The notes under the pieces were generated by a model that made no database searches, had not been told where the DNA came from, and saw nothing but the letters and a program-made list of their open reading frames with translations. DNA of 64,000 nt, from assembly GCA_964016885.1 (NCBI GenBank), contig OZ024743.1:84134001-84198000 (forward strand). The letters are read 5' to 3'. This document shows, in pieces, positions 44,960 to 57,601 of the stretch. The stretch is from Eledone cirrhosa. Taxonomy: Eukaryota. Both the position numbers and the translations under genes were made by a program. The stretch's first letter is position 1. Every line of letters begins with the position of its first letter.

Positions 44960-45790
44960 TGGCACCTGCACTAACACCTTACAGGGTGGACTGGGTGCTT
45001 TTTGTCATAGAACAAGTACAACCACCTTACAGGGAGGACTGGATGCTTTTTGTCATAGAACAAGTACAACCATCTTACAGGGTGGACTGGGTGCTTTTTG
45101 TCATGGCATCAGTATGAGCACCTTACTGGGTGTTTTTTGTTGTGGAACCAGTATGACTACCTTTCTGGGTAGACTAGGTGCTTTTTATTGTGGAACCAGT
45201 ATGACTACCTTTCAGGGTAGACTAGGTGCTTTTTGTTGTGGAACCAGTATGACTACCTTTCAGGGTAGACTAGGTGCTTTTTATTGTGGAACCAGTACAA
45301 CCACCTTACTGGGTGTTTTTTGTTGTAGCACCAGTACAACCACCATACAGGATGGCGTGGATAATATGTCATGGCCCCAGCACAACTAGTTTACAAAGTG
45401 ATCTGGGTGCTTTTCTCATGGTGCCAGCACTATGAGAGAGAAAGTGACATAATGCCAACTACTATGTTGATTACATACGTTGACCACTGAGAAGGAATGG
45501 TCATAAGTCATAATACTAGTGTCTGGCAACTGAACAGAGACAATCTAAGGTCTTAGAGGACTATTCAATCTGGACAATCGTGTGACATCCTCACTAGTGC
45601 TGGAGCTACGATAAAACACCTAGTCCACTCTGTAAAGTGATAATGCTGGTGCCACAATAAAATGACATCTGTCCAACCTGTAAAGTCGTAGTGTTTGTGA
45701 CATGATAAAATGCTCCCTATCCACCCTGTAAAGTGGTAGTGCTGGTGACATGATAAAACACACCATCTACTTAGTAAAGTAGTAGTGCTA
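44960..45790. repeat. ~44-bp minisatellite amplified from the SINE internal segment, plus an oppositely oriented decayed set
   Basis: Unit CAGGGTGGACTGGGTGCTTTTTGTCATGGCACCAGTACAACCACCTTA is the reverse complement of the SINE segment GACAAAAAGCACCCAGTCCACACTGTAAAG. Confidence 0.75.
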
Positions 45791-48035
45791 CCCTCTTTTT
45801 CACTTCAACCTACCCACATCTACACCAATATACCCCCACTTTCACACACCAACATACCCAGCCTCTCACACCAATTTAGTCACACAATAACACCAAACTA
45901 CCCACATATTTCACCCCAAACTACCCACTTTTACCCAAAACTACCCACTCTTTCACCCCAAACTACCCACTCTTTCACCCCAAACTACCCACTCTTTCAC
46001 CCCAAACTACCCACTCTTTCACTCCAACCAATCCACTCTTTCCCACATTTACACCAATCTACCCCCTCTTTCACACACTAAACTACCTACCCTCTCACTT
46101 CAACTGGCTGACCCACCCACACAAAAACTACTCATAAACAATTGGCACCTACACTCATACCAAACTAATCACCAATAATAGACACATCCACTTTCACACT
46201 AACCTACTCACCCTCTCACACTATTCTACCCACTCTCTCACAACAACCTACCCACCCTCTCACACCAACCTACCCATCCCCTCACACCAACATACCCACC
46301 CTCTCACACCAACATACCTACCCACTTGCACAAACCTACCCACCCTCTCACACAAAACTACCCACCCCTTCAAGCCAACCTACCCACCCTCTCACATCAA
46401 CCTATCAACCTACTCACACTTACACACACTAAACTACCCATCATCACACCAACCTGCCCACCCTCTCAACCCAATCTACTCACACCAACATACCCACACA
46501 CTCACACCAATCTACCCACCCTTTCACACCAACCTACCCACACACTCACACCAACCTACCCACACACTCACACCATTCTACCCATACTTTCACACCAACC
46601 TACCCACACACTCACACCAATCTACCCACACACTCACACCAACCTACCCACACATTCACACCAACCTACCCACACACTCACACCAACTTACCCACATATT
46701 CACACCAACTTACCCACACACTCACACCAATCTACCCACACACTCACACCAATCTACCCACACACTCACACCAATCTACCCACACACTGGCATCAACCTA
46801 CCCACCTTCTCACACTTCAGCCTACCCACCCTCTCACACTAATCTACCCACACACTCACACCAACCTACCCACACTCTCACACCAATCTACCCACACACT
46901 CACATCAACCTACCCACACCCTCACATCAACCTACCCACACTCTCACACCAATCTACCCACACTCTCACCACAATCTACTCACACACATACACACAGCAA
47001 TCTACCCAGATTCTCACACCAATCTACCCAGACACTCACATCAACCTACCCACACTCACACCAACCTACCCACACACTCACACTTCAGCCTTCCCACACT
47101 CTCACAACAACCTACCCACCCTCTCACCGCAATCTACTCACACACATACACACAGCAATCTACTCAGCCTCTCACACCAATCTACCCACACACTCACATC
47201 AACCTACCCACACTCACACCAACCTACCCACACACTCACACTTCAGCCTTCCCACACTTTCACAACAACCTACCCACTCTCTCACCGCAATCTACTCACA
47301 CACATACACACAGCAATCTACCCAGCCTCTCACACCAATCTACCCACACACTCACATCAACCTACCCACACTCACACCAACCTACCCACACACTCACACT
47401 TCAGCCTTCCCACACTCTCACAACAACCTACCCACCCTCTCACCGCAATCTACTCACACACATACACACAGCAATCTACCCAGCCTCTCACACCAATCTA
47501 CCCACACACTCACATCAACCTACCCACACTCACACCAACCTACCCACACACTCACACTTCAGCCTTCCCACACTTTCACAACAACCTACCCACTCTCTCA
47601 CCGCAATCTACTCACACACATACACACAGCAATCTACCCAGCCTCTCACACCAATCTACCCACACACTCACATCAACCTACCCACACTCACACCAACCTA
47701 CCCACACACTGACACTTCAGCCTTCCCACACTTTCACAACAACCTACCCACTCTCTCACCGCAATCTACTCACACACATACACACAGCAATCTACCCAGC
47801 CTCTCACACCAATCTACCCACACACTCACATCAACCTACCCACACTCACACCAACCTACCCACACACTCACACTTCAGCCTTCCCACACTCTCACAACAA
47901 CCTACCCACTCTCTCACACCAATCTACTCACACACATACACACAGCAATCTACCAACCCTCTCACAGCAATCTACCAACCCTCTCACACTTACACCAACC
48001 TGTGCACACATTTACACACTAAACTCTACATACTA
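45790..48035. repeat. C/A-rich compound satellite with a 158-bp higher-order repeat
   Basis: Base motif CACACCAACCTACCCACACT. The marker CACAGCAATC recurs with its G at 46997, 47155, 47313, 47471, 47629, 47787 and 47945. Confidence 0.9.
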
Positions 48036-48079
48036 CAATAACAACTGGACAGGAATAAACATAGAAACAGGATTAGTAC

Positions 48080-48258
48080 CAGTTCTCCTCCGATGATTTC
48101 TCTGTTTCATCCTCTCTATATGCCAAGGCTGTTTGTCTGACAATGGGAACGCAGAAGAATCTTTGCCATAATCAGCAGTACGCTGTAGTAGAGACTCTTG
48201 GAGTGATGTCAGAGAAATGAGTGGCGGTGAAGATATAGTTGATGGCAGACTGTTGGTG
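48080..48258 (-). CDS. C8orf89-like gene, internal coding exon
   Basis: Acceptor TTGTTCTTTCAG, donor CTG|GTACTA, 179 nt, phase 2/1, open frame TNSLPSTISSPPL...MKQRNHRRRT. In frame with the next exon. Confidence 0.7.
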
Positions 48259-49114
48259 CTGAAAGAACAATTTAATAAGACAACAACTACTAGTTAGTTC
48301 TTATAATAATGATGAAAATTATTGTGTACAGTGCTCAGGTGCACTACAACTCATCAAAGGTGCATGTAAAGTAAATAGAATAATGATTTCTACTTTAGGC
48401 ACGGGCCTTCAATTTAAAGGGGAGGGGAAACATAATTAAATCGACCCCAGTGTATTACTGGTGCTTTATTTTATCAACTCCTGCAAGGATGAAAGGCAAA
48501 GCTAACCTCAGCGGGATATGAACTCGGAACGTAACTCTATGTTGTAAAGCCTGGTGTCTGGCGCTCTACCAATACTGCCAATCCACCACCCTTTATAATA
48601 ATAATTGTTTCTACTTTTGGCACAAGGCCAGCAATTACCCAGTGCATTACTGGTACTTTATAATAATTGTTTCTACTTTAGGCACAAGGCCAGCAAATAC
48701 CCAGTGCATTACTGGTACTTTATTTTATCGACCCCATAAGGATGAAAGGCAAAGTCAACCTAATAATAATGAAAATTATTGTGTACAATGCTCAGGTGCA
48801 CTACAACTCATTAAAGATGCATGTATAGTATATAGAATTGTGTAAAAATGTCAGGAAAGTGAACAGTGTATATTTGTGTGTGTGTGTATAGCATGAAAAG
48901 CAAACATTAAAACGATGATGATGATGATGATGCCAGTAGCTGTCATAAAACATACCAGTGGCTATCACAAGATATACCACTGGTCAGTTAATATTTATTA
49001 GAAAGAGACAGGGCTAATTTCAATAAGTCAGTGGTTATCACTGAATATACCACTAGTGAGTTAATATGTATATCTATCTCTCTATATAACACTAAAAGTC
49101 TGTGATTTGCTTAC

Positions 49115-49187
49115 TTGCTTGCTTGTCTGTAATGTAATACACCCAACAGGGCGCATAATGGGAAAATACTTTGAAAGGAAGTTGACC
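49115..49187 (-). other. Candidate upstream exon of the C8orf89-like gene
   Basis: Strong acceptor TTTGTATTTCAG and donor CAA|GTAAGC. All three frames are open, so the reading frame and start codon are unresolved. Confidence 0.45.
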
Positions 49188-49484
49188 CTGAAATACAAAT
49201 GGAATAAAACAAAGCACGGGTTCCCAAGATATGGGATTTTTCCGGGTACCTTCATAAACAGCGATAGAGAGAAAGAGATAGTGGTTGTGAGAGAGTAGAT
49301 TGAAAGAGAGACATAGAGAGAGGGAGAGGAGGCAGAGAAAGAGAATGGAAATGAGCTGGTGGTGTTGTGTATATATATACACATATATATATATATGTGT
49401 GAGTGCATATATAAATGTGTGTGTATATGTGTGTGTGTCTATGACCAGTGTATATAGATCACAGACATCCACTTATATATGTAT

Positions 49485-49517
<33 letters not shown>

Positions 49518-50105
49518 CACGCTTACACCTCTCCAAGACAATGTCACTGGACCGAGACCTTTGGCGGTACTCAGTAATAGAGAAGACCCGCCTTACCTAA
49601 ATACAAAGTAAAAACCTACTACAGTCAGTAGGCACCTCTATCAAAACACACCCCCGTCCCACCACCTCCACCCCACCCACACCGCCCCTTTCAATGTAAA
49701 GTTATGTTGGTCCCACAACATCCAGGCCGAAACAAATGAGATCGTGTAGGTGTCACGACAAAAAACACACAGTCCACGCTGTAAATGTGGCCGTGTAGGC
49801 AACACGGTAAAAACCTCCCAGCCCCACACTGTAAATGTGGTTGGTGTTAGGAAGGGCATCCAGCTGTAGAAAACCCGCCAGACAGTCCACGCTGTAATGT
49901 GGCCGTGTAGGCAACACGGTAAAAACCTCCCAGCCCCACACTGTAAATGTGGTTGGTGTTAGGAAGGGCATCCAACTGTAGAAAACCCGCCAGACAGTCC
50001 TATGCGAGCAAGACAACCACTCTTGCCTCAAGTGGGAAAACCCCCGTCCAAACCCATGCAAGCGTGGAACACGGACGCTAAACCTGATGATGATGATGAT
50101 GATGA

Positions 50106-50108
<3 letters not shown>
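49518..50108 (+). mobile_element. 5'-truncated copy of the RTE 3' end found at 56265-56857
   Basis: Collinear similarity from TTACACCTCTCCAAGAC to the (GAT)n tail. Confidence 0.85.
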
Positions 50109-50148
<40 letters not shown>

Positions 50149-50152
50149 TTTA

Positions 50153-50700
50153 TATAATAATAATAATAATAATTAAATATTGTGTACAGTGCTCAGGTGT
50201 ACTACAACTCATCAAAAAGTGTATTTATAGTACATAGGGTAATGTACAAACATCAGGAAAATGAACAGTGCATGAGTCATGATATACACATGTGTGCATG
50301 TGTATGGAAGGGGTACATCAGGTGTAGTTTTGGCGAATTTTGGGAAGCATGAGGGTTTTAAAGGATGCAGTGTCTCGGCAGCTAACAACTGACGCAGGCA
50401 GTTTGTTCCATGCTTCAGCAACTCTAAGCGTGAAAAAATGTTTCCGAAAGTCATGGTAGCTGTGCTGTTTTCTGATTTTGTAGACATGTATATGTGTTAG
50501 ACACATGGAGATCAAAAAGGTGCTCAGGGTTGCAATTGGCGAGATGGTTAATAACTTTGTGGGTGTTTACCAAGTCAGTTGCCAGACGTCGGAGCTTCAA
50601 TGAATCCATGCCCAGGGAAGCAAGACGTTCAGAGTATGGTAGGTGTCTGATGGAGGGGATGCGCTTGGTTGCACGTCTCTGAACAGTTTCCAGGAGGTCA
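50153..50700 (-). mobile_element. 3' fragment of a CR1-clade LINE
   Basis: LETVQRRATKRIP..LPYSERLASLG..LKLRR..DL and RKHFFTLRVAEAWNKLP; (ATT)n tail. Tail-only copies at ~30460-30503, 48303-48375, 48762-48870 and 53076-53220. Confidence 0.85.
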
Positions 50701-50716
50701 TACACACACATATATA

Positions 50717-52665
50717 TGTAACGAAGGGTATTAGTAGTGGTTGTTAGTTGAAATAACAATAATAGCTGATTTACTTTATATATGAAAAGGTTTACTTCAT
50801 ATCAGTCAAAAAGAACAACAAATAAGTTACCACGAGTCGCAAAGGTTGACGATGTTATTTTGTTGTTAGTTCATGAGGCTGGTGTAGTTTGAGACCAGGA
50901 GAGAGCGAGAGAGGGAGAGTAATGGTCTGTGGTTGTCTGTAGACCTCAGCGGCCTGTAGGCAGCGGTGAATCTTTCACATAGCTATTCTATAGCGTACTG
51001 CTCCGATCTCTGTGTGTTAGACATGGGATGATACAGGCTTTTTATACCTGTCGCTTCCTTTCTCCCGCCTCGAGGGATCGCCCACGCATGAACCTGTCCA
51101 CACCGAAAAGGATGGTGACCTAGAATTTGACTTTTAGGTGTCACCCAGGGTTCAAGGCGTGGACAGATCTCGCTACATTAGTTCCCTACCCAGATTGATG
51201 CAGGAGCAGTGATCGACTACAAAAGGGGTAGCGAACTCTGATTCCAGAAGCGTGTCCCAAAACACACAAAATGTGGGTACTGTGCCCGTATTTCGAGTGC
51301 AGAGAAATTTGGAGAGAGAAAATAAAAATATTGTATAACTGTATGCATGTGTGTGTGTATGTGTGTGTAACATTTAGAAGAAACTGTAAATATACAGAGT
51401 TGTGATCATGTATTTCGAACTGTTGTGTATGGATGGATGGACGTTGGGGGTTGCGGTATTGGATTATGATACGACAATACAGAGGACTATTTCTCTCAAT
51501 GTATTATCATACGTAAAATGCTTTTCCAATGAGTTGAGGTTTACGCTATGACATGAGTGTGTGCAATTTTGAGTTGCATGCCTGAGTGAATCCAGGCGAG
51601 TAGTCCCAGTGTGAGTGAGTTTCATGTGTTTTATAGCTGTTGCCATACCTCGACCAGGTGAAAAGTGATCTCGCAGAATCCCAACCGAATCAAGAACATA
51701 CATTACAGATAACAAACTGTTTATGTGTAAAAAGAAAATGATGCGTGTTTGATGCAAAACGTGTATGTGCATACAGGCATATAATACAGTAAAAAAAAAT
51801 GACCGTTCATATCCTGTAAAAACAAAAATATTTATATAATTGTTCTTTACAAAAAGTTCAGTTTTTCTCTTCTTTATGTGTCTGAGTATTTTTTGGGGTG
51901 GTATAAGAATGTTATCGCTTTCTTGCTACGAAGCTAGTAGTATTGTCTGTTGTTGTTGGAGATTACAAAGCACGTGGTGAAGTGTTTGGTAATGAATTGA
52001 AACATCGAAGCGAAGTCACTGTAAATATTCTGTAGAATCGAAGTTTGGTGAATAATTTGAAGTGAAGTTTTATCATATCGTACCATATAGATGAGAAGCT
52101 TGGTAATTATAGATTGCTGAGAAAGTTGTTGATGTTGGCAATGGAAGCCATGTGAAGAAGGGTTGCGTGTTGTTTTCTTTTTTAAAATACCACGTATTTT
52201 TTTTTTTAGGAGGGACCTGTTCGTTTCTGTGTCTGGGTCACCAATGTAATAACAATAATAGCTGATTTACTTTATATATGAAAAGGTTTACTTCATATCA
52301 GTCAAAAAGAACAACAAATAAGTTACCACGAGTCGCAAAGGTTGACGATGTTATTTTGTTGTTGGTTCATGAGGCTGGTGTAGTCTGAGACCAGGAGAGA
52401 GAGAGTAATGGTCTGTGGTTGTCTGTAGACCTCAGCGGCCTGTAGGGAGTGGTGAATCTTTCACATAGCTATTCTCTAGCGTACTGCTCCGATCTCTCTG
52501 TGTGTTAGACGTGGGATGATACAGGCTTTTTATACCTGTCGCTTCTATTCTCCCGCCTCGAGGGATCGCCCACGCATGAACCTGTCCACACCGAAAAGGA
52601 TGGTGACCTAGAATTTGACATTTAGGTGTCACTCAGGGTTCAAGGTGTGGACAGATCTCGCTACA
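50717..52665 (-). mobile_element. Non-autonomous LTR retrotransposon (TRIM/LARD-like)
   Basis: LTRs at 52245-52665 and 50717-51177 with TG...CA ends. PBS TGGTGACCCAGAC follows the 5' LTR, PPT GGGTAGGGAACTAA precedes the 3' LTR, TATAAAA lies inside the LTR and the flanks are TATA. The ~1.07-kb interior has no gag/pol. Confidence 0.88.
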
Positions 52666-52794
52666 TATATATATATGGGCCTTCCAGTTTCATTTTACAT
52701 TATATACATGTCTGTGTATATTTTAATTATTTAAAAACATGATTTTTTAAAAATATTTGAAGTGAACGTGACTCAACAGGTCATGGGTGGTCTA

Positions 52795-52826
<32 letters not shown>

Positions 52827-53321
52827 TCAACACAACAGTAGCTTTCACAAGATATCCTGCTGGTCATATACCATATATTTATATATATAGATATAGATAA
52901 ATCAGGATGGAAACCCCGCCTAAGCCATGCTAGCATGGAAAATGGACGTTAAATGATGATGAATCAGTTTGAAACTGGTTAGATCATTGCTCAACAGAGT
53001 GGTGGAACTAGCTGTTAAAATGGCAAGAGCTCAGCCATCGGGTCCCAACTCCTTATAATATATATGTATATATATAATAATAATAATAATGAAATTATTG
53101 TGTAAAGTGCTCAGGTGCACTACAAGTCATCAAAGGTGTATAGTACATAGCATGTATAGTACATAGAATAATATACAAATGCCAGGGAAGTGAATAGTGT
53201 ATGAGTCATGATATACATGTGTGTATATATATATATACCCCCCCCCCCCTCACTCTCAAAAGCGTGAACCTAATAAACTACCATTTGTACTGCCTCTTTG
53301 TTTTTTTTCCTGTCTAATATT

Positions 53322-53365
<44 letters not shown>

Positions 53366-53367
<2 letters not shown>

Positions 53368-53660
53368 CATTTTACGTCCGCTTTTTCCCTGCTTGCAAGA
53401 GTGGGATGGGAACTGATTCTGGCTTGATTTCTACAACTGGATGCCCTTCCTAACACCAACCTCATTTACAGTGAGTGCTGGGTGCTTTTTTGCCATGGCA
53501 CCTCTACGACCACTTTGCAGTGGAATGATAGGGAACCCAGCTGGAGCAATGTGAAATAAAGTGTCTTGCTCAAGGAAACAACACATCACCTGATCTGAGA
53601 ATTTAACTCACAACCTTTTGATTGCAAGGCCAATGCTCTAACCACTAAGCCATGTGCCAT
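53366..53660 (-). mobile_element. tRNA-CORE-Meta SINE with RTE-derived tail (internally deleted copy)
   Basis: Near-identical to 63033-63373. Confidence 0.85.
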
Positions 53661-53776
53661 GTGCCATATATATATATATATATTTCGTTTCTGAATTTGT
53701 TTAGCAAGATTCTTTATCTGAAAACGTGTGTTGAAACCGATATTGTTATACTTTGAGGGCGGGGGTCATGTTGCCA

Positions 53777-54222
53777 ATAAGAAACACACGCACGAGTTGC
53801 TTTCACTTCAATTTATTATAAATTAAATTTAAAAATTTAGGAATTTATAAATTTCCGGTTGGTTGGTTGGTTCCACAACCAGACGATTGTTCATATATTG
53901 TCAAAGTTCTTTCGTCACACATTCTGTGACCTCTTCAGTGACTGGGATTCTTTTCTTTGTTTTTTTGCCTCTCCTTTGTTCTGTCCTATGACATCTTGTT
54001 TTTGTTGGCGTAGGACAGAACAAAGGAGAGGCACAAAAACAAAGAAAAGAATCCCCAGTCACTGAAGAGGTCACAGAATGTGTGACGAAAGAACTTTGAC
54101 AATATATTAACAATCGTCTGGTTGTGGAACCAACCAACAACCGGAAATTTATAAATTCCTAAATTTATAAATTTAATTTATAATAAATTGAAATGAAAGC
54201 AACTGGTGCGTGTGTTTCTTAT
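53777..54222. mobile_element. Fold-back element (~210-bp arms) with a hammerhead motif in each arm; Penelope-type
   Basis: Arms ~53777-53990 and ~54009-54222. GTCA-CTGAAGA-GGTCACA..TGTGAC-GAAA-GAAC-TT-TGAC at 54058-54100 and its mirror on -. Confidence 0.8.
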
Positions 54223-54233
54223 ATATATATATA

Positions 54234-56857
54234 GGTGACAGATGACACCTGTGGCTGGAGCAGACCTATAGGCAGGAGGAGAGAAACTTGGTGGTGGAAC
54301 AGTAAGGTGGAGGGTCAATCAAGACCAAAAAGCAGGCTTGGAAAGCATGGCGGGATGGGGGAAGTAGAGAAGACTATCAAGTGGCCAGGAGGGAAGCTAG
54401 GAGACAAGTGTACTTCGCAAGAAGGGAAACAGAGGAAAGAAAGTTCAAGCATGTTCTACAACGCGAGGACCAAAAACGTGAGGTGTTCAGGATTGCTAGG
54501 CAATGTGTCAAGGAAAACAGTGATATTGTGGGGGAGAAGTGTGTCCTTAATGATGATGGTGTACTGGCCATCACTGACGCTGATAAGAAGGTAGCTTGGA
54601 AGTGTCACTATGAAAGGCTACTAAATGAGGAGAATAATTGGAAGAAAGACAGTCTCCTCCACAGCGACCCAATAGAGGGACCAGCAGTGCAAGTTGAAGG
54701 TAGTATAATAAGTATGGTGATCAAAGACATGAAGACATGCAAGGCGGCCGGGCCTTCGGAAATAGTTGCTGAAATGCTGAAAGCATCTGGAACGGTGGGA
54801 CACACTATGGTCACCCGGATAGTAAACCAAGTCATACAGAATGGGGTCGTTCCGAAGGACTGGCGCAGCAGCATCATCATTAACTGCTACAAGGGTAAAG
54901 GTGATGCCCTAGATAGGGGAAACTATAGAGGCATTAAATTAATTGACCAGGTCATGAAGGTCACAGAAAAAGTAATAGCGCAACTAATCAGAGAGCGAAT
55001 TGATCTAGACGAAATGCAATTCGGGTTTGTGTCAGGTAAAAGTACAACAGACGCTCTTTTCATTGTACGACAACTACAGAAGTACCTAGCTAAAAGTAAA
55101 CCCCTATACTTAGCTTTTGTTGACTTGGAGAAAGCCTTTGACAGAGTACCCCGCTCGATTATCTGGTGGGCCCTTAGAAAACTAGGTGTTGATGAATGGC
55201 TTGCGAGAGCTATACAAGCCATGTATAAAGAAATAGTCAGCAAGGTTAGAATTAACAACGAATATAGTGAAGAGTTTAGCGTAAAAGTTGGTGTTCATCA
55301 GGGCTCCGTCCTTATCCCCCTACTAATTATTATTGCCCTTCAGGCTATAACAGAGGAGTTCAAGACCGGCTGCCCATGGGAACTCCTATATGCAGATGAT
55401 CTAACGCTCATAGCTGAATCAATGGCTGAACTAGAGAAGAAATTCCAAACATGGAAGCATGGCCTAGAATCAAAAGGCCTTAAAGTTAACTTGTCTAAGA
55501 CTAAAGTTCTAGTTTGTAGGAAGGAAAATAGGGCTCCGGTTCCATCTGGGAAATGGCCATGCTCAGTGTGTAGGAAAGGAGTAGGCAGAAACTCTATTTT
55601 ATGTCCCAAATGCAAAGTATGGGTGCATAAAAAATGTAGTGGGATCACAGGTAAGCTAACTAAGAATATAGATTTTATATGTGGCCGGTGCTCTGGTGCA
55701 ATAAGTAGCAGCAAGTGCCCACAGAATACTAGCTCATTCCATTGCACAGATGGTTCTATAGAAATAGTGGACAGCTTCCATTACCTGGGTGACAAAATCA
55801 GCAGTGGGGGAGGGTGCTCTGAAAGTACAGTAGCTAGAGTCAGAACGGGATGGAAAAAGTTCAGAGAGCTTATACCACTATTGGCCGCTAAAGGGTTCTC
55901 TCTAAAAATCAAAGGCAGGCTGTATGATGCCTGCATACGAACAGCAATGTTACATGGCAGTGAGACCTGGGCATTGTGTGCAGAGGATATACGCAGACTG
56001 GAGAGAAACGAAGCTTGCATGCTCCGCTAGATGTGTAATAGTAATATACGTGAACGGCAAAGCATAAACGAACTAAGGGAGAAATTAGGAATAAGAGGGA
56101 TCAGATGTTGTTTACTCGAGAGAAGACTACGTTGGTATGGTCACGTGATGCGCATGAAAGACGACAGCTGTATCAAAAAGTGCAGGGGGATAAAAATAGA
56201 CGGTAGCCACGGAGTAGGCAGACCCAGAAAAACTTGGGACGACTTGATAAATTCCAACTTCACACACTTACACCTCTCCAAGACCACCTCTCTTTGGCGC
56301 TACACAGTTATACAGAAGACCCGCCTTGCCTAAGTACAAAGCGAAACCTACAGTCAGTAGGCACTTCTAACAAAATACACCCCCGTCCCACTACCCTCAC
56401 CCCATCCACACCACCCCCTTAAATGTAAAGTTATGTTGGTACCACAACATCCAGTCCGAAACAAATGAGGTCGTGTAGGTGTCACGACAAAAAAAAAACA
56501 CACAGTCCACGCTGTAATGTGGCCGTGTAGGTAACACGGTAAAAACCTCCCAGTCCACACTGTAAACGTGGTTGGTGTTATGAAGGGCATCCAGCCGTAG
56601 AAAACCCGCCAGACGTGTAGGTGTCACGACAAAAAAAATACACAGTCCACACTGTAATGTGGCCGTGTAGGTAACACGGTAAAAACCTCCCAGTCCACAC
56701 TGTAAACGTGGTTGGTATTAGGAAGGGCATCTAGCCGTAGAAAACCCGCCAGACAGTCCTATACGAGCAGGACAACCAATCTTGCCTCAAGTGGGAAAAC
56801 TCCTGTCCAAACCCATGCAAGCGTGGAAGATGGACGTTAAACGATGATGATGATGAT
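54234..56857 (+). mobile_element. 5'-truncated RTE-clade LINE; RT with intact YADD and inserted PHD finger
   Basis: ORF 54381-56030 carries all RTE RT motifs (FVDLEKAFDRVP, GVHQGS, LLYADD, FHYLG). Premature TAG at 56028-30, frame continues to 56333, then a 3'UTR and (GAT)n tail. Confidence 0.93.
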
Positions 56858-56930
56858 ATATAAAAATGAGCGGAGCAAGCAATTATCAAACAATCTTTTA
56901 AATAAATTAAAAAACGATTTAAATATTCAC

Positions 56931-57200
56931 CTGTTCTATTGCTGTTACCGACGGTTTCACTAATCAAAAGATTGGAAATCCAGAGAATTTCCAATGGAAA
57001 GAATTAGATCTTCAGACAGCTATTTCCATACTATAAGGGTGCAAAACCTCATAGTAAGTTAATATTTCGCTTACTGCCCGACGCATGCAGTCAAGCCGTT
57101 GAAGTGATGCACACGCAAAAATAGGCCACAAGTAAAAGCGGGTTATTATAAACTTGCTGATCATGCCGCTAAAAATACCAGCGCGATACAACGTTTTGTT
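56931..57200 (-). promoter_or_regulatory. Candidate first exon/promoter of the minus-strand gene
   Basis: Unique, mildly CpG-containing island between repeats, with donor CAG|GTGAAT at 56931/56930. No transcript evidence. Confidence 0.3.
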
Positions 57201-57215
57201 CTCTACATAAGGAGA

Positions 57216-57255
<40 letters not shown>

Positions 57256-57557
57256 GACTTTGCCTTTCATCCTTACGGGGTCGATAAAATAAAGTACCAG
57301 TAATGCACTGGGTAATTCCTGGCTTTGTGCCAAAAGTAGAAACAATTATTATCATTTAACGGACGGTGGGTTGGCAGTATCGGTAGAGAGTCAGACACCA
57401 TGCTTTGAAGCATAGAGTTATGTCCCTTTACGGTCTGAGTTCAAATCCCGCCGAGGTTAACTTTGCCTTTCATCCTTATGGGGTCGATAAAATAAAGTAC
57501 CAGTAATTGCTGGCCTTGTGCCAAAAGTAGAAACAATTATTATCATTTAACATCCAT

Positions 57558-57601
<44 letters not shown>

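Noticed and set aside
46326-48041. 571-aa His/Thr/Pro-rich ORF
   Set aside because: A G-poor strand rarely forms stop codons. It starts at TTG and lies antisense within an intron.
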